Below are positions 1-12,101 of a stretch of 32,000 nucleotides of DNA, piece after piece. The number at the start of each line of letters is the position of its first letter. The stretch's first letter is position 1. Source of the stretch: Buchnera aphidicola (Therioaphis trifolii) (GTDB taxonomy: Bacteria > Pseudomonadota > Gammaproteobacteria > Enterobacterales > Enterobacteriaceae); assembly GCF_005080705.1 (NCBI RefSeq), contig NZ_CP032996.1, positions 360,001-392,000 on the forward strand. The letters run 5' to 3'. The notes beneath the pieces were generated by a model. The model searched no databases. It was not told the origin of the DNA and saw only the letters and a list, made by a program, of their open reading frames with translations. Position numbers and translations under genes: made by a program.

Positions 1-229
1 TTGCAGACTTTTTATTTCCAGTATATGAATTAAGTGTTTTTCGAATTTTTTTTTCTACAGTTGAAGCAGATACTAAAACAATAGATTTTTTTGAATCAAA
101 AATTTGAGCATATATATGACGTGGAGTTCGATGTACTACTAAACGAATAATATTTAAATTTTTAAAACGAATACGATTTTTTAAACTTCTTCGTATACGA
201 GCATTTTTTTTATTTTTTAATATATTCAT
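1..229 (-). CDS. rplR: 50S ribosomal protein L18, 5' part only (the 3' end runs off the left edge of the window)
   Basis: Not in the ORF track because it is truncated. My translation of the reverse complement from 229 gives [43 protein letters not shown]... This matches the L18 N-terminus (E. coli ...SARIRRA...[14 protein letters not shown]). The ATG at 229-227 overlaps the rplF stop as TAATG. Its position after rplF fits the spc operon order. Confidence 0.9.
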   Translation of the reverse strand, partial: MNILKNKKNARIRRSLKNRIRFKNLNIIRLVVHRTPRHIYAQIFDSKKSIVLVSASTVEKKIRKTLNSYTGNKKSA

Positions 230-765
230 TATTTCTTTTTAGCCTCTTTAATACGTATATACTCATTAAAATAACGTATTCCTTTACCTTTATAAACTTC
301 AGGTTTACGTTTTGATCTCAAATTTGCTGCAACTTGACCTAAAAGTTGTTTATTAATACTTTTTAAAATAATTTCTGTAGAAGAAATAATTGTTGCAAAA
401 ACATTTATGGGTAAAACATATTTAATAATATGCGAATACCCAAGAGACATATTTAATACATTATTTTTTTCTAAACTAATTCGATAACCCACACCAATTA
501 ATTGTAATTTTTTTGAAAAACCTATTGTAACTCCTAAAATCATAGAATTAACTAAAGATCTCATAGTACCAGCATGCATCCAACCATTATAATTATTAGA
601 TTTTGATTTAAAAAACAATTTATTATCATTATAATTAATTTGAACAGAATTATGTATATTTTGTGAAATAGATTGATTATCTTTGATAATAGTAATATTT
701 TCTTTATTTAAAGAAATATTAATATTATCAGGAACTAAAATAGGTTTTTTTGCAATACGAGACAT
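229..765 (-). CDS. rplF: 50S ribosomal protein L6
   Basis: The ORF track gives 229..780, but the codon at 780-778 is TTG. Homology to E. coli L6 (MSRVAKAPVVVP...) begins at [12 protein letters not shown], with ATG at 765. A GGAG motif (complement of 775-778) lies 9 nt upstream. The C-terminus ...YKGKGIRY...KEAKKK is conserved. Confidence 0.95.
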   Translation of the reverse strand: MSRIAKKPILVPDNINISLNKENITIIKDNQSISQNIHNSVQINYNDNKLFFKSKSNNYNGWMHAGTMRSLVNSMILGVTIGFSKKLQLIGVGYRISLEKNNVLNMSLGYSHIIKYVLPINVFATIISSTEIILKSINKQLLGQVAANLRSKRKPEVYKGKGIRYFNEYIRIKEAKKK

Positions 766-783
766 ATATAAAATCTCCAAAAG

Positions 784-1179
784 TTAAGATACTGTACAAA
801 TAATTTCTCCACCTAATCCAAATTTATAAGCCATTTTGTTACTCATAATACCTTTTGAAGTAGATAAAATAGCAATTCCTAAACCGTCCATTACAATAGG
901 TAAATTATTTTTTTTTTTATAAATTCTAAGGCTAGGTTTACTTATTCTTTTAATCTCATCTATAACAGGTTTTCCATTAAAATATTTTAAAAAAATTGTT
1001 AATGTTGTTTTATTATTTTTTTTTTCAATACTATAATCATCAATATAACCTTCTTTTTTTAATACATTAGCAATAGCAATTTTAAAATTTGAAGAAGGTA
1101 TACAAACTGAAATTTTATTAGCTAATTGACTATTACGTATATTAGTCAACATATCTGATATTGGATCTTGCATGCTCAT
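784..1179 (-). CDS. rpsH: 30S ribosomal protein S8
   Basis: [16 protein letters not shown]...GGEIICTVS is nearly collinear with E. coli S8 (MSMQDPIADMLTRIRN...GGEIICYVA). Confidence 0.97.
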   Translation of the reverse strand: MSMQDPISDMLTNIRNSQLANKISVCIPSSNFKIAIANVLKKEGYIDDYSIEKKNNKTTLTIFLKYFNGKPVIDEIKRISKPSLRIYKKKNNLPIVMDGLGIAILSTSKGIMSNKMAYKFGLGGEIICTVS

Positions 1180-1221
1180 CTTTTATTTCTCTCATTATAG
1201 TTTAAAAGTATTTATATTTTT

Positions 1222-1527
1222 TTACCAACTAGATTTTCGTAATCCAGGAATTTCTCCTCGCATAGCTGCTTCTCTAACTTTCATTCTACTTAATCCAAAT
1301 TTTCTAAGAAATCCATGAGGTCTACCAGTTTGAAAACATCTATTACGTTGTCTTGATAAACTAGAATCACGAGGTAAAGTTTGTAATTTTAAAACTGCTT
1401 TCCATCTAACTTTTTGTTTAAGTGACATATTTAAAATAATTTTTTTTAATTTTTGACGCTTTATAAAAAATTTTTTTCCTAATTTAATTCTTTTTAATTC
1501 ACGTGCTTTCATTGATTCTTTAGCCAT
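1222..1527 (-). CDS. rpsN: 30S ribosomal protein S14
   Basis: [10 protein letters not shown]...[49 protein letters not shown] matches E. coli S14 along its full length. Confidence 0.97.
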   Translation of the reverse strand: MAKESMKARELKRIKLGKKFFIKRQKLKKIILNMSLKQKVRWKAVLKLQTLPRDSSLSRQRNRCFQTGRPHGFLRKFGLSRMKVREAAMRGEIPGLRKSSW

Positions 1528-1547
1528 ATTAAACCTTTTATTTTAAA

Positions 1548-2084
1548 TTATAACTGAAATGGAAAATGAAAAGAAGATAATAATTCAAAACCTTCAATAT
1601 CAGATTTTGCAGTAGTAGTAATTGCAATATCTAAACCACGAATTTTGTCAATAGTATCATAATTAATTTCTGGAAAAATAATTTGTTCACGTATACCCAT
1701 ATTATAATTACCAAAACCATCAAAAGATTTTCTAGAAAATCCTCTAAAATCACGAATTCTAGGTATAACAATATTAATTAAACGACTTAAAAAATCCCAT
1801 TTACGTAAACCTCTTAAAGTAACTTTACAACCAATAAGATTTCCTTGTCTTATTTTAAAACCTGCTATAGATTTTTTTGATTTTGTAACTAAAGGTTTTT
1901 GTCCAGAAATTAATGTTAAATCATTAACAGCTTGTTCTAATATTTTTTTATTATTAATTGCTTTCCCTACTCCCATATTTAAAGTAATTTTCTTTATACA
2001 TGGTACTTGCATAATAGATTTATATTGAAATTTTAACATTAATTTTTTAACTACTGTATTTTTATAATAATCATATAATTCCAT
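1548..2084 (-). CDS. rplE: 50S ribosomal protein L5
   Basis: [13 protein letters not shown]...ITLNMGVG...GCKVTLRG...PRIRDFRG...ITTTAKSD match L5 motifs. Gene order is as in the spc operon. Confidence 0.97.
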   Translation of the reverse strand: MELYDYYKNTVVKKLMLKFQYKSIMQVPCIKKITLNMGVGKAINNKKILEQAVNDLTLISGQKPLVTKSKKSIAGFKIRQGNLIGCKVTLRGLRKWDFLSRLINIVIPRIRDFRGFSRKSFDGFGNYNMGIREQIIFPEINYDTIDKIRGLDIAITTTAKSDIEGFELLSSFHFPFQL

Positions 2085-2096
2085 TATTTAAAATTC

Positions 2097-2420
2097 CTAA
2101 TTATATTTAATAATTTGATTATTTGATTTAAAAAAACGCATTTTTTTTCCAGAAATAAATTTAAATCCAATACGATCAGCTTTTTTTGTTACTGGATTTA
2201 AAATAGCTATATTTGAAATATGAATAAAAGCTTCTTTTTCTATAATTCCTGAATTAATATTTTTTGAAGGTATACCTTTTTGATGTTTTTTAATAATATT
2301 AATACCTTTAACAATTACTTTTTGTTTATTAGAAGAAATACATGCTACTATTCCAATTTTTCCTTTATTTTTACCAGATAATACTATTACTTTATCAGAA
2401 CATCTAATCTTTAAAGCCAT
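2097..2420 (-). CDS. rplX: 50S ribosomal protein L24
   Basis: [19 protein letters not shown]...[10 protein letters not shown]...[16 protein letters not shown] resembles E. coli L24. Confidence 0.95.
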   Translation of the reverse strand: MALKIRCSDKVIVLSGKNKGKIGIVACISSNKQKVIVKGINIIKKHQKGIPSKNINSGIIEKEAFIHISNIAILNPVTKKADRIGFKFISGKKMRFFKSNNQIIKYN

Positions 2421-2439
2421 TTAGTATCTCCTTAAATAA

Positions 2440-2808
2440 TTAAAGTACTTCTGGAGCTAAAGAAATTATTTTCATAAATTTTTCTGTTCTTAGTTCACGA
2501 GTAATTGGACCAAAAATACGAGTTCCAATAGGTTGATTTAAATTATTTAAAATAACACAAGCATTTCTATCAAATCGAATTAATGAACCATCAGAACGAC
2601 GAATACCTTTTTTAGTACGTACTACAACTGCTTTAAATACTTCTCCTTTTTTAACTTTTCCTCTTGGAACTGCTTCTTTAATGGAAACTTTAATTATATC
2701 ACCAATTTTAGCATATTTTTTTTTAGAACCACCCAAAACTCTAATACACATAGCAGATTTTGCACCAGAATTATCTGCAATAAATAATATTGTTTGTTCT
2801 TGTATCAT
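2440..2808 (-). CDS. rplN: 50S ribosomal protein L14
   Basis: MIQEQT...ADNSGA...[27 protein letters not shown] is near-identical to the ends of E. coli L14. Confidence 0.97.
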   Translation of the reverse strand: MIQEQTILFIADNSGAKSAMCIRVLGGSKKKYAKIGDIIKVSIKEAVPRGKVKKGEVFKAVVVRTKKGIRRSDGSLIRFDRNACVILNNLNQPIGTRIFGPITRELRTEKFMKIISLAPEVL

Positions 2809-2877
2809 ATAAATAATATTCCAAAAAAATAAAAATATTAAATTTAATTATATTAATATTATTATATAAATAATTAA

Positions 2878-2905
2878 GAAGACATGTAAAATAATTCATG
2901 TCTTC
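2878..2905 (-). terminator. Candidate intrinsic terminator or processing hairpin at the S10/spc operon boundary
   Basis: Perfect 9-bp inverted repeat GAAGACATG (2878-2886) / CATGTCTTC (2897-2905) with a 10-nt loop and 4 G:C pairs, in an otherwise almost G/C-free spacer. It starts 12 nt downstream of the rpsQ stop. On the minus strand it is followed by TTAATTATTTAT. Confidence 0.45.
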
Positions 2906-2917
2906 AAATAAAAAATA

Positions 2918-3172
2918 TTAAAAAATAGATTTTTTAATAATTTTCACTAATTTCCAAGATTTAGTTCTAGAAATTGGTTTACATTGAGATATTTCTACTA
3001 TATCTCCATTAGAACATAAATTATTTTCATCATGTATATGTAATTTTGTTTGTTTTTTAATAAATTTTTTATATATAGGATGTTTAATCAATCGTTCAAT
3101 AACTACTATAGCAGATTTATGCATTTTATTATTTATTATAATACCTTTTAAAATACAAACTTTAGAATTCAT
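2918..3172 (-). CDS. rpsQ: 30S ribosomal protein S17
   Basis: ...[49 protein letters not shown] matches E. coli S17. Confidence 0.96.
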   Translation of the reverse strand: MNSKVCILKGIIINNKMHKSAIVVIERLIKHPIYKKFIKKQTKLHIHDENNLCSNGDIVEISQCKPISRTKSWKLVKIIKKSIF

Positions 3173-3175
3173 TTA

Positions 3176-3367
3176 TTATACCCTGCTTTTTATAGTAATA
3201 ATCGTTTTAATTTGAGCAATATTTCTACGCACTTTTTTTAACATATGAGTCTTCTTTAATTTTCCAGAAGATAATTGTATTTTTAAACTAAATTTTTCAC
3301 GTAATAAATTTAATAATTCAATATTTAAATCATGAATAGTTTTTTTATGTAATTTTATTAATTTCAT
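3176..3367 (-). CDS. rpmC: 50S ribosomal protein L29
   Basis: 63 aa. [16 protein letters not shown] matches L29 (E. coli [17 protein letters not shown]). It overlaps the rplP stop by 4 nt (ATGA). Confidence 0.93.
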   Translation of the reverse strand: MKLIKLHKKTIHDLNIELLNLLREKFSLKIQLSSGKLKKTHMLKKVRRNIAQIKTIITIKSRV

Positions 3368-3777
3368 TTAGTCACCAATTTATTTACAAATACTGTTTTT
3401 ACAGATAACTTTGAAGTACCTAATTTAAAAGCATGTTTCGACTCTTTCTCAGAAAGACCGTCTATTTCATATAATATTTTTCCAGGTTGTATTAAAGCAA
3501 CCCAATATTCAACACTTCCTTTACCTTTTCCCATTCTTACTTCTAATGGTTTTTGAGTAATAGGTTTATCAGGAAAAATTCTTATCCAAAGCTTTCCTTG
3601 TCTTTTCATTGATTTTGTAATTGCACGTCTTGCAGATTCAATTTGTCGAGATGTTAATCTGCCTCTTGTAATTGCTTTTAAACCAAATTTTCCAAAACTA
3701 AGTTTAGAATTTAAAACTAAACCTCGATTTCTACCCTTATGCATTTTTCGAAATTTTGTTTTTTTAGGTTGTAACAT
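3364..3777 (-). CDS. rplP: 50S ribosomal protein L16
   Basis: [19 protein letters not shown]...[23 protein letters not shown] matches E. coli L16. Confidence 0.97.
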   Translation of the reverse strand: MLQPKKTKFRKMHKGRNRGLVLNSKLSFGKFGLKAITRGRLTSRQIESARRAITKSMKRQGKLWIRIFPDKPITQKPLEVRMGKGKGSVEYWVALIQPGKILYEIDGLSEKESKHAFKLGTSKLSVKTVFVNKLVTK

Positions 3778-3779
3778 AA

Positions 3780-4496
3780 TTAAAATGATCTCCTTACTTT
3801 TCTTAATTTTCTATAAGTTTTTTTTTCCTTAAAAAAATTCTGATTTTCATTTTTTAAAAATTGCATACTATCTAATATTTCACCTTTAAAAACCCAAACT
3901 TTAACACCAATAATACCATAAGTAGTATGTGCTTCAGACAAACTATAATCTATATTAGCACGTAAAGTATGTAGTGGAACACGACCTTCACGATACCATT
4001 CTCTTCTAGCAATTTCAGTTCCACCTAATCTACCACTTACTTCAACTTTAATACCTTTTGCTCCTTGTCTCATAGCATTTTGAACTGCACGTTTCATAGC
4101 TCTTCTAAACATAATTCTTCGTTCAAGCTGAACAGTAATATTATCAGCAATTAACTTAGCATCTAATTCAGGTTTTTTAACTTCTGAAATATTAATTTGC
4201 GTTGGAAATCCAGTAATATTTGCAATATTTAATCTTAATTTTTCAACATCTTCACCTTTTTTACCAATAACAATTCCAGGTCGAGATGTATAAATTGTTA
4301 CACGAACATTTTTAGAAGGTCTCTCGATAATAATCTTTGAAACAGATGCTTTATTTAATTGTTTTTTTAAAAATGATCGTACTTTAAAATCACTATTTAA
4401 ATATTCAGAAAATTCTTTTTTTTGAGCAAACCAAGTAGAATTCCAGGTTTTAATTATTCCTAACCTCATACCATGTGGATGTACTTTTTGACCCAT
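3780..4496 (-). CDS. rpsC: 30S ribosomal protein S3
   Basis: MGQKVHP.G.RLGI.K.W.S.WFA...[27 protein letters not shown] are S3 hallmarks. It has a Lys-rich C-terminal tail. Confidence 0.97.
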   Translation of the reverse strand: MGQKVHPHGMRLGIIKTWNSTWFAQKKEFSEYLNSDFKVRSFLKKQLNKASVSKIIIERPSKNVRVTIYTSRPGIVIGKKGEDVEKLRLNIANITGFPTQINISEVKKPELDAKLIADNITVQLERRIMFRRAMKRAVQNAMRQGAKGIKVEVSGRLGGTEIARREWYREGRVPLHTLRANIDYSLSEAHTTYGIIGVKVWVFKGEILDSMQFLKNENQNFFKEKKTYRKLRKVRRSF

Positions 4497-4514
4497 ATTA
4501 ATTTCCTTAAAAAT

Positions 4515-4847
4515 TTATTTATTAGATAAAATAATAGTAATATGACTAGTACGTTTTAAAATTCTATCTGATCTACCTTTTGCTCTTGGCATCATTCGTT
4601 TCATAGTTGGTCCTGCATCAACAAAAATTCTTTTTATAAATAATTTGTCTATATCTAAACCAAAATTATGTTCTGCATTAGCAATAGCTGATTTTAATAA
4701 TTTTTGTACAAATAAAGCTGATTTTTTTTTATAAAAATTTAATATATTAATAACATTATTTACTTTTTTACCTCTAATTAAATCTACTATTAATCTAATT
4801 TTTTGAGGCGATGATTTTGCTTTTTTATATTTTGCTATAATTTCCAT
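4515..4847 (-). CDS. rplV: 50S ribosomal protein L22
   Basis: 110 aa. ...SPQK.RL..D.IRGKKV...A.ANAEHN.GLD.D.L.......[24 protein letters not shown] matches L22. Confidence 0.96.
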   Translation of the reverse strand: MEIIAKYKKAKSSPQKIRLIVDLIRGKKVNNVINILNFYKKKSALFVQKLLKSAIANAEHNFGLDIDKLFIKRIFVDAGPTMKRMMPRAKGRSDRILKRTSHITIILSNK

Positions 4848-4864
4848 AAAATAATATTTTCACC

Positions 4865-5143
4865 TTATTTTTTTTTAATTTTTTTATCAGATACATGTCC
4901 TCTATACGTTCTTGTTAAAGAAAATTCACCTAATTTATGACCTACCATTTCCTCAGTTATAAAAACTGGTATGTGTTGTTTACCATTATGTACTGCAAAA
5001 GTTAATCCAATCATATTAGGAAAAATAGTTGAACGTCTAGACCAAGTTTTTAATGGTTTTTTACTTTTATTTAAAATAACTTTTTCTACTTTTTTCAATA
5101 AACTAACATCAATAAAAGGACCTTTTTTAAGAGATCGAGGCAT
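4865..5143 (-). CDS. rpsS: 30S ribosomal protein S19
   Basis: [18 protein letters not shown]...[26 protein letters not shown]....[16 protein letters not shown] matches S19. Confidence 0.97.
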   Translation of the reverse strand: MPRSLKKGPFIDVSLLKKVEKVILNKSKKPLKTWSRRSTIFPNMIGLTFAVHNGKQHIPVFITEEMVGHKLGEFSLTRTYRGHVSDKKIKKK

Positions 5144-5157
5144 AAAATATCCTTAAA

Positions 5158-5985
5158 TTATTTATTATAATTACGATGTTTCACAATAAATTTTTCAGTA
5201 CGTTTATTTTTACGAGTTTTTTTACCTTTAGTTTGTTGACCCCATGGTGTTACAGGATGTTTACCAAAATTCCTACCTTCCCCACCCCCATGAGGATGAT
5301 CAATAGGATTCATAGCAGTTCCTCGAACTGTAGGTCGAATACCTTTCCATCGAGATGCACCTGCTTTTCCTAACATTTTTAACATATGCTCAGAATTTCC
5401 AACTTCTCCGATTGTTGCTCGACATCTAGAATCAATTTTTCTAATTTCTCCAGAACGTAATCTAATACTTACATAATTTTTATCATTAGAAATAATTTGA
5501 GCATAACTACCTGCTGTTCTAGCAATTTGACCACCTTTTCCAACTTTTATTTCAATATTATGAATTAACGTTCCTGTTGGAATGTTTCCTATTGGTAAAC
5601 TATTTCCAATTTTAATTGGAATTTTATTTCCAGAAATAATTTTTGAACCAATACATAAGCCCTTTGGAGCTAAAATATAATTTCTTGTTCCATCTTTATA
5701 TAAAATTAAAGCTATATTAGAAGATCGATTTGGATCATATTCTAAACGTTCTACTTTAGCATAAATATTATCTTTTATTCTTTTAAAATCAATTATTCGA
5801 TACATTCTTTTATGTCTACCACCAATATGCCTTACAGTAATTCGTCCATTATTATTTCTTCCTCCACTTTTATGATTAGATGTCAATAATGAATTAAATG
5901 GACGACCTCGATATAATTTTAAATTTTTTACTTTTACAACATGTCGACGACCTGGAGAAGTTGGATTACATTTAATAATCGCCAT
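5158..5985 (-). CDS. rplB: 50S ribosomal protein L2
   Basis: [17 protein letters not shown]...[32 protein letters not shown] are L2 hallmarks. Confidence 0.97.
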   Translation of the reverse strand: MAIIKCNPTSPGRRHVVKVKNLKLYRGRPFNSLLTSNHKSGGRNNNGRITVRHIGGRHKRMYRIIDFKRIKDNIYAKVERLEYDPNRSSNIALILYKDGTRNYILAPKGLCIGSKIISGNKIPIKIGNSLPIGNIPTGTLIHNIEIKVGKGGQIARTAGSYAQIISNDKNYVSIRLRSGEIRKIDSRCRATIGEVGNSEHMLKMLGKAGASRWKGIRPTVRGTAMNPIDHPHGGGEGRNFGKHPVTPWGQQTKGKKTRKNKRTEKFIVKHRNYNK

Positions 5986-6006
5986 AATATTTTACCTTAA
6001 ATATAT

Positions 6007-6309
6007 TTAAATAACATTATTGATAAAATCTAAATTTTGACCAGATTTTAATTTAATATAGGCTTTTTTCCAATGATTACGACGAGTATTATATTTTCCT
6101 TTACGTTTTACTTTACCTTTCATTGATACCGTATTTACATTTTCTACTTGAACCGAAAATAATTTTTGAATAGCTAATTTAATTTCATTTTTAGTAGATT
6201 TAATTGCAACTTTAAATATTATTGTATTATTTTTTTTTAAAAATAAAGTTGATTTTTCAGAAATATGAGGTGAATATAATATTTTAAAAAATTTATCATT
6301 AAATTTCAT
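6007..6309 (-). CDS. rplW: 50S ribosomal protein L23
   Basis: 100 aa. ...PHISEKST......NT..FKVA..ATK.EIK.A.QKLF.V.V..VNT is L23-like. It overlaps the rplD stop by 4 nt. Confidence 0.93.
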   Translation of the reverse strand: MKFNDKFFKILYSPHISEKSTLFLKKNNTIIFKVAIKSTKNEIKLAIQKLFSVQVENVNTVSMKGKVKRKGKYNTRRNHWKKAYIKLKSGQNLDFINNVI

Positions 6310-6911
6310 TTTAATATTTCCTCAATTTTTTTAATTGCTTCTACAGTAATAAGTATTTTTTTAAAATTAATTAAACTTACCGGATCAATTGATTTAATAT
6401 CTTTTACAGAAACTTTATATAAATTTCGAGAAGCTAAAAATAAATTTTTATTTATTTTTTCTATAATAATATATACTTCTTTCAAAGATATTTTTTTTAA
6501 TTCATTTAATAAAATTTTAGTTTTTGGTTGCAATATAGTAAAATTATTAAAAATAATTAAACGATTTTGACGTATTAATGTTGAAAAAATACTTCGTAAT
6601 GCTCCACGATACATTTTTTTATTAACTTTTTGATCATAAGATCTAGGTTTAGCAGCAAAAGTTACTCCCCCAGATCTCCATAGGGGGCTACGAATTGAAC
6701 CTACACGTGCTCTTCCAGTACCTTTTTGACGCCAGGGTTTTTTTCCAGAACCAGAAACTTCTGATTTATTTTTTTGAGATTGATTTCCAGAACGAGCACC
6801 AGATAAATAAGCAGTAATTACTTGATGAATTAATGATAAATTAAAACTTTGATTAAATATATTATCTGAAACGGAAATATAAGACTTAATATCTTGAACA
6901 AGTAATTTCAT
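6306..6911 (-). CDS. rplD: 50S ribosomal protein L4
   Basis: ...[48 protein letters not shown] is the conserved L4 core. Length is 201 aa, as in E. coli. Confidence 0.97.
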   Translation of the reverse strand: MKLLVQDIKSYISVSDNIFNQSFNLSLIHQVITAYLSGARSGNQSQKNKSEVSGSGKKPWRQKGTGRARVGSIRSPLWRSGGVTFAAKPRSYDQKVNKKMYRGALRSIFSTLIRQNRLIIFNNFTILQPKTKILLNELKKISLKEVYIIIEKINKNLFLASRNLYKVSVKDIKSIDPVSLINFKKILITVEAIKKIEEILK

Positions 6912-6921
6912 ATTTATTCCT

Positions 6922-7551
6922 TTATGATTTTATTGCTGGCTTTACAATAACATTACCCCCAACTGAACCAGGAACGGAACCTTTAATAAAAATCAAATTT
7001 TTTTTTAAATCAATTTTAATAACTTTTAAATTTTGAATAGTTATCTTTTTATTTCCTAAATGACCAGACATTTTTTTACCTTTAAAAACTCTTCCTGGAG
7101 TTTGATTTTGACCAATAGATCCAGGAGCTCTATGTGATAATGAATTTCCATGTGTCGCATCTTGCATACTAAAATTCCAACGTTTTACTGTTCCTGAAAA
7201 TCCTTTTCCTTTACTTATTCCAGAAATATCAACTTTTTTTATAGAATTAAATAAATTTATATCAATACTTTGTCCTAATTTAAAAATTTGATTTTTATGA
7301 ATTCTAAATTCCCATAAACCAATACCAACAGAAACACCTGATTTTAAAAAATGACCAATTTCTGGTTTACGTAATTTATTCTTTTTTTTTATACCTGTTG
7401 TTAACTGAATTGCATCATAAGAATCATTACTTTGATTTTTAATTTGAGTCACATAATGTTTTTCAATTTTAATTACTGTAATCGGAATTGACATACCTTC
7501 CTTATAAAAAATACGAGTCATTCCAATTTTTTTACCAATAAGACCAATCAT
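6922..7551 (-). CDS. rplC: 50S ribosomal protein L3
   Basis: MIGL.GKK.GMTRIF...G.SIPVTVI...[46 protein letters not shown] matches L3. Confidence 0.97.
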   Translation of the reverse strand: MIGLIGKKIGMTRIFYKEGMSIPITVIKIEKHYVTQIKNQSNDSYDAIQLTTGIKKKNKLRKPEIGHFLKSGVSVGIGLWEFRIHKNQIFKLGQSIDINLFNSIKKVDISGISKGKGFSGTVKRWNFSMQDATHGNSLSHRAPGSIGQNQTPGRVFKGKKMSGHLGNKKITIQNLKVIKIDLKKNLIFIKGSVPGSVGGNVIVKPAIKS

Positions 7552-7579
7552 AATTTCACCAATTATAATAATTATTTAT

Positions 7580-7960
<381 letters not shown>

Positions 7961-8048
7961 ATAATTTATTATATAATAATATAAAATAATTAATATAAAA
8001 TATTGATGTATTGAAAATAAATTTTATGAAAAATATTAAAATATTAAA

Positions 8049-8082
8049 TCAAGAAAAGAGAATATATTATTCCCCTTCTTGA
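8049..8082 (-). terminator. Candidate intrinsic terminator of the str operon, downstream of tuf
   Basis: On the minus-strand RNA, UCAAGAAGGGG (8082-8072) pairs with UCUUUUCUUGA (8059-8049): 8 Watson-Crick and 3 G:U pairs, with a 12-nt loop. It is followed by UUUAAUAUUUUAAUAUUUUU. The three G:U pairs would be A:C mismatches in a plus-strand transcript, so the fold is specific to the tuf strand. It begins 47 nt after the tuf stop. Confidence 0.5.
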
Positions 8083-8128
8083 TAAGAATTTGAATAATAT
8101 TATATATTTATTAAATAAACATAAAAAA

Positions 8129-9313
8129 TTAAGTAATTATTTTTATTACAACTCCTGCACCAACAGTTTTTCCACCTTCTCTAATTGCAAATCTTAAACC
8201 TTCAGCCATAGCAATAGGATTTATTAATGTAACAATCATTTTAATATTATCACCTGGCATAACCATTTCTACTCCACTAGGTAATTCAATAAATCCAGTA
8301 ACATCAGTAGTTCTAAAATAAAATTGAGGTCTATAACCTTTAAAAAATGGTGTATGACGACCACCCTCTTCTTTAGATAAAATATAAACTTCAGATTCAA
8401 ATTTTGTATGAGGTGTAATACTTCCCGGTTTTGCTAAAACTTGACCACGTTCTATTTCATCTCGTTTTGTACCCCTTAATAATATTCCAACATTTTCTCC
8501 AGCACGTCCTTCATCTAATAATTTTCTAAACATTTCTACACCAGTACAAATAGTTTTTATAGTTGGTTTAATACCAACAATTTCTATTTCTTCACCTACT
8601 TTAATTACACCTTTTTCTACTCTTCCTGTTACTACTGTTCCTCTACCAGAAATTGAAAATACATCTTCAATTGGTAATAAAAATGCTTGTTCAATATCAC
8701 GCTTAGGATTAGGAATATAATTATCTAATGTATTTGACAAATCAAGTATTTTAGATTCCCAATTAGCATCTCCTTCTAATGCTTTTAATGCAGACCCTCT
8801 AATAATAGGTGTATCATCTCCTGGAAAATCATATTGTGTTAATAAATCACGAACTTCCATTTCAACTAATTCTAATAATTCTTCATCATCAACCATATCA
8901 CATTTATTTAAAAATACAACTATATGAGGTACTCCAACTTGACGTGCTAATAAAATATGTTCTCGTGTTTGAGGCATTGGACCATCAGTAGCTGCCACTA
9001 CTAAAATAGCTCCATCCATTTGTGCAGCACCAGTAATCATATTTTTAATATAGTCAGCATGACCTGGACAATCAACATGTGCATAATGTCTCATTTTAGT
9101 ATCATACTCAACATGAGACGTATTAATTGTAATACCTCTTGCTTTTTCTTCTGGAGCATTATCAATTTGATCAAAAGCACGTGCAGAACCACCATAATGT
9201 TTAGATAAAACAGTTGTAATCGCAGAAGTTAATGTTGTTTTACCATGATCAACATGACCTATTGTACCAACATTAACATGTGTTTTTAATCTTTGAAATT
9301 TTTCTTTAGACAC
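8129..9313 (-). CDS. tuf: Elongation factor Tu
   Basis: 394 aa. [29 protein letters not shown]...[25 protein letters not shown] is near-identical to E. coli EF-Tu. Confidence 0.99.
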   Translation of the reverse strand: MSKEKFQRLKTHVNVGTIGHVDHGKTTLTSAITTVLSKHYGGSARAFDQIDNAPEEKARGITINTSHVEYDTKMRHYAHVDCPGHADYIKNMITGAAQMDGAILVVAATDGPMPQTREHILLARQVGVPHIVVFLNKCDMVDDEELLELVEMEVRDLLTQYDFPGDDTPIIRGSALKALEGDANWESKILDLSNTLDNYIPNPKRDIEQAFLLPIEDVFSISGRGTVVTGRVEKGVIKVGEEIEIVGIKPTIKTICTGVEMFRKLLDEGRAGENVGILLRGTKRDEIERGQVLAKPGSITPHTKFESEVYILSKEEGGRHTPFFKGYRPQFYFRTTDVTGFIELPSGVEMVMPGDNIKMIVTLINPIAMAEGLRFAIREGGKTVGAGVVIKIIT

Positions 9314-9366
9314 AATATTTTCCTTTATTAAAAAATATAATAAATATATAAATCAATATTAAAAAA

Positions 9367-11475
9367 TTATTTATTTTGATTTTCAATAATTTCTAAAGCT
9401 ATATTTTTAGGAGTTTCTGAATAATTTAAAAATTCCATAGAATAAGAAGCTCTTCCTTGAGTTTGAGAACGTAAATCCGTCGCATACCCAAACATTTCAG
9501 ATAAAGGAACTTTTGCAGAAATTGATTTTCCTAATTGTAAATCTTTCATACCTTCAATAATTCCTCTCCTACGATTTAAATCTCCTATTACATCTCCCAT
9601 ATAGTCTTCTGGAGTTTCCACTTCTACTTTCATAATTGGTTCTAATAATATTGGTTTTGCTTGTTTAAAGGCAGTTTTAAAAGCAATAGAGGCTGCAAAT
9701 TTAAAAGCAAGTTCAGAAGAATCTACATCATGATAAGAACCAAAATGTAATCGTACTCCAACATCTACTACTGGATAACCTGCAAGAGGACCTGATTTTA
9801 ATTGTTCTTGAATTCCTTTATCTATTGCAGAAATATATTCATTAGGAATAATACCACCTTTAATATCATTAATAAATTCATAACCTGATTTATTGGAACT
9901 TAAAGGAAATAAATCAATTACAACATGTCCATACTGTCCTCTACCACCTGTTTGTTTAATATATTTACCTTCAATATTTTTAATAGTATTATAAATTGTT
10001 TCTCTATATGCTACTTGGGGTTTTCCAATATTAGCTCCAACATTAAATTCTCTTTTCATTCTATCAATGATAATTTCTAAATGTAATTCACCCATTCCAG
10101 AAATAATTGTTTGATTAGATTCATGATCTGTATGTACTTTAAATGATGGATCTTCTTTAGCTAAACGATTTAAAGCTAAACCCATTCGTTCTTGATCTGT
10201 TTTAGTTTTTGGTTCTATTGCAATAGAAATAACTGGTTCTGGAAATTCCATTTTTTCTAAAATAATTGGTTGATTTAAATCACATAAAGTATCTCCAGTC
10301 ATAACATTTTTTAATCCAATTGCAGCTGCAATATCACCAGCACGAACTTCTTTAATTTCTTCTCTTTTATTAGCATGCATTTGAACAATACGTCCAAATC
10401 GCTCTTTTTGCATTTTTACTGAATTTAATACTGTATCACCAGAAGATACTACACCTGAATAAACTCTAAAAAATGTTAAATTTCCTACAAATGGATCATT
10501 AGCAATTTTAAAAGCTAAAGCAGAAAAAAACTCTTTATCATCAGCATTTCTTTTCAATTTTATTTCATTATCTTTATTCATAATTCCTTTAATAGAATCA
10601 ATATCAATAGGGGATGGTAAATAATCAATTATTGCATCTAACAAAGATTGTATTCCTTTATTTTTAAAAGCAGAACCACAAGTAACTAAAATAATTTCAT
10701 TATTTAATGATCTTTTACGTAATGAACATTTAATTTCTTCTTCTGATAAAAATTCATTATTTAAATATTTTTCCATAATACTTTCATTATTTTCTACTGC
10801 TGATTCAATTAAAATTTGATTCCATTTTTTTGATAATGATAACATATTATTAGGAATATCTTTATAATTAAAAGTAATGCCTTTATCTTTATCATGCCAA
10901 TAAATTGCTTTCATTTTTAATAAATCTATAATTCCAACAAAATTTTCTTCTGAACCAATAGGTAATTGTAAAGGAACTGGAATAACTTTTAAACGTTGTT
11001 TCATTTGATTTAAAACATTAAAAAAATCTGATCCAATACGATCCATTTTATTTATAAAAGCAATTCTAGGAACTTTATATTTATCTGCTTGACGCCATAC
11101 AGTTTCTGATTGAGGTTGTACTCCACCTACAGCACAATACACCATAACAGCTCCATCTAAAACACGCATAGAACGTTCAACTTCAATAGTAAAATCAACA
11201 TGACCTGGCGTATCTATAATATTAATTCTATGTGATGGAAATTGATTATTCATACCTGACCAAAAAGTTGTAGTTGCAGCAGAAGTAATAGTAATTCCAC
11301 GTTCTTGTTCTTGTTCCATCCAATCCATTGTTGCTGTACCATCATGTACTTCTCCAATTTTATGATTAATACCTGTATAAAAAAGAATACGTTCTGTTGT
11401 AGTTGTTTTTCCGGCATCAATATGTGCACTAATTCCAATATTTCGATAATATGTAATAGGTGTTTTACGAATCAT
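9367..11475 (-). CDS. fusA: Elongation factor G
   Basis: 702 aa. ...[56 protein letters not shown] matches EF-G. An AGAGGA motif lies upstream of the ATG. Confidence 0.99.
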   Translation of the reverse strand: MIRKTPITYYRNIGISAHIDAGKTTTTERILFYTGINHKIGEVHDGTATMDWMEQEQERGITITSAATTTFWSGMNNQFPSHRINIIDTPGHVDFTIEVERSMRVLDGAVMVYCAVGGVQPQSETVWRQADKYKVPRIAFINKMDRIGSDFFNVLNQMKQRLKVIPVPLQLPIGSEENFVGIIDLLKMKAIYWHDKDKGITFNYKDIPNNMLSLSKKWNQILIESAVENNESIMEKYLNNEFLSEEEIKCSLRKRSLNNEIILVTCGSAFKNKGIQSLLDAIIDYLPSPIDIDSIKGIMNKDNEIKLKRNADDKEFFSALAFKIANDPFVGNLTFFRVYSGVVSSGDTVLNSVKMQKERFGRIVQMHANKREEIKEVRAGDIAAAIGLKNVMTGDTLCDLNQPIILEKMEFPEPVISIAIEPKTKTDQERMGLALNRLAKEDPSFKVHTDHESNQTIISGMGELHLEIIIDRMKREFNVGANIGKPQVAYRETIYNTIKNIEGKYIKQTGGRGQYGHVVIDLFPLSSNKSGYEFINDIKGGIIPNEYISAIDKGIQEQLKSGPLAGYPVVDVGVRLHFGSYHDVDSSELAFKFAASIAFKTAFKQAKPILLEPIMKVEVETPEDYMGDVIGDLNRRRGIIEGMKDLQLGKSISAKVPLSEMFGYATDLRSQTQGRASYSMEFLNYSETPKNIALEIIENQNK

Positions 11476-11590
11476 TTTATTCCTCTTAAAAATTAATATT
11501 ATAAATAAAAATTATTTTAAAAAATGTATTCATATTTTTATAATTAATTTTTATTTATATAAATTGATATTATTAATAATAAATATATAA

Positions 11591-12061
11591 TTACCAACGA
11601 TAATGTGCAAATGCTTTATTTGCTTCTGCTATACGATGTACTTCATCTCTTTTTTTAATAGCAGCACCTTTTTTATCTAAAATATCTACAAATTCATAAA
11701 ATAATCTTAATAACATAGAACTATTTTTTCGTTTTCTAGCTGCATCAATAATCCATCGCATAGCTAATGTATTTCGTCTTATTGGTCGAACTTCAACTGG
11801 AACTTGATAAGTTGAACCTCCTACACGACGTGATTTTACTTCAACTATAGGACGTACATTTTCTAAAACTATATCAAAAATATCTAATTCAGTTTTATTT
11901 ATTTTATTTGATATTTTTTTTAATGCAGAATATACAATACATTCTGCAATAGATTTTTTTCCATGAACCATTAAAATATTAATAAATTTTGCTAAAATTT
12001 CAGATGAAAATTTAGGATCAGGTAAAATTTTTCTTTGTTCAATAATTTTACGTCTTGACAT
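11591..12061 (-). CDS. rpsG: 30S ribosomal protein S7
   Basis: 156 aa. MSRRK......[26 protein letters not shown]...[23 protein letters not shown]...AARKR...[13 protein letters not shown] matches S7. A GGAG motif lies upstream. Confidence 0.97.
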   Translation of the reverse strand: MSRRKIIEQRKILPDPKFSSEILAKFINILMVHGKKSIAECIVYSALKKISNKINKTELDIFDIVLENVRPIVEVKSRRVGGSTYQVPVEVRPIRRNTLAMRWIIDAARKRKNSSMLLRLFYEFVDILDKKGAAIKKRDEVHRIAEANKAFAHYRW

Positions 12062-12101
12062 AATTATTCTCCTAAGTATATATCTTCAATTTATATATAA
12101 A

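Noticed and set aside
4971-5373. Plus-strand ORFs 4971..5156 (61 aa) and 5176..5373 (65 aa), antisense to rpsS and rplB.
   Set aside because: They lie wholly inside highly conserved ribosomal-protein genes on the other strand. Their F/L/I/T-rich composition is what antisense of Lys/Asn-rich AT-biased coding gives. They have no SD motif and no recognisable family.
7961-8048. Attempt to place the S10 operon promoter between the tuf terminator and the leader hairpin.
   Set aside because: Only weak -35 candidates (such as TTTTCA) are present, with many possible -10 hexamers. No assignment is better than chance without 5'-end data.
8809-9208. Plus-strand ORFs 8809..8991 and 9020..9208, antisense to tuf.
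   Set aside because: They are shadow ORFs inside one of the most conserved genes known, with no independent signal.
11250-11496. ORFs 11250..11438 (-, alternative frame) and 11305..11496 (+), within the 5' end of fusA.
   Set aside because: They overlap the conserved GTPase domain of EF-G. They are short, low-complexity and lack start context.
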